DNA of 64,000 nt, taken from positions 3,572 to 67,571 of the IMG/VR virus record IMGVR_UViG_3300027021_000002. One strand, written 5' to 3'. Shown piece after piece: positions 63,674 through 64,000 of the stretch. Both the position numbers and the translations under genes were made by a program. The DNA comes from a virus. The notes beneath the pieces were generated by a model that saw nothing but the letters and a program-made list of their open reading frames with translations, was not told where the DNA came from and searched no databases. Each line of letters opens with the position of its first letter. Position 1 is the first letter of the stretch.

Positions 63674-64000
63674 TAAAACTATAATTTTAAGTAAGGAGAA
63701 CGGTTATGCAAATTGATTTACCATTTGATATTGGGGACACGATATTTGATATTTGTCTTGGTAAAATTGATGAAGAGGTTATAGAGGGTGTCGAAATAAT
63801 AATTCATACATCTGATGGCATATTTACACTACCAGATTTCAAAGGTGTAGTATTTAAAAGTCGTGATGCCGCGCAAGCTGCGTTGAATTGTAAGAAGTGT
63901 ATACAAGAGGGCAAAACAGAAGTATGTCATGATTCTAAAACGGGATTACAGTGTCCAAATTGGTTTTATAGAGAAGCGGCAATTAAAGGAGAGATATTAT

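Larger units (their letters stand above)
22639..63689. repeat. Dispersed palindromic junction motif TRAAA-N6-WTTYA (about 35 copies)
   Basis: Left arm starts at 22639, 28922, 31255, 34397, 35403, 37012, 37497, 38160, 39865, 40669, 41440, 43102, 43364, 43584, 44034, 44757, 45954, 47843, 48531, 51946, 52457, 53093, 53585, 54088, 55281, 55550, 55802, 56240, 59743, 60687, 61315, 61750, 62103, 63046, 63674. Nearly all lie at or just after a stop codon and upstream of the next RBS. Confidence 0.9.

Noticed and set aside
21653-63689. Junction repeats as a CRISPR array
   Set aside because: Repeats are short, degenerate and separated by whole genes of variable length; no constant repeat-spacer period and no cas1/cas2.
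1-64000. Diversity-generating retroelement or retron
   Set aside because: No reverse transcriptase motifs and no template/variable repeat pair seen.

Overview
The whole 64-kb window looks like part of a large temperate tailed phage or prophage of a low-GC Bacillota host, with SPbeta-like organisation, sigma-A promoters and AAGGAGG ribosome-binding sites. No host housekeeping genes are visible. 1-17.9 kb is a leftward morphogenesis operon: tail tube, head-tail joining proteins, major capsid, protease/scaffold, portal, large and probable small terminase, tRNA-Thr and a metallophosphoesterase. It also holds an intact IscB with its omegaRNA, a probable late regulator and a RuvC-less TnpB derivative. 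17.9-20.5 kb is a divergence zone with a hairpin array, back-to-back sigma-A promoters, a tyrosine recombinase and about 1 kb of non-coding DNA with helically phased TTAA motifs (candidate genome end or packaging site). 20.5-64 kb is a rightward early/accessory region of roughly 100 mostly tiny ORFs. It includes a GT39 glycosyltransferase, tRNAs, TnpB with reRNA, an Rnl1-Pnk/HD-radical SAM-SPOUT cluster, and a YopQ/YopR(MrpR/SroF)-like repressor module followed by a LexA-box-controlled small gene. The strongest unexplained signal is that accessory gene junctions carry two recurrent motifs: about 35 copies of a palindrome TRAAA-N6-WTTYA with invariant 6-bp spacing, and about 20 copies of ATAAC(A/G)G, several of which open a covarying TAAC-GGA-stem-GA-GTTA hairpin. 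Together with an upstream tyrosine recombinase and two stand-alone recombinase core-binding-domain paralogs, this suggests an integron-like gene-cassette platform in a phage. That reading is inference and untested. All protein calls are from motif recognition by eye; no database searches were run.
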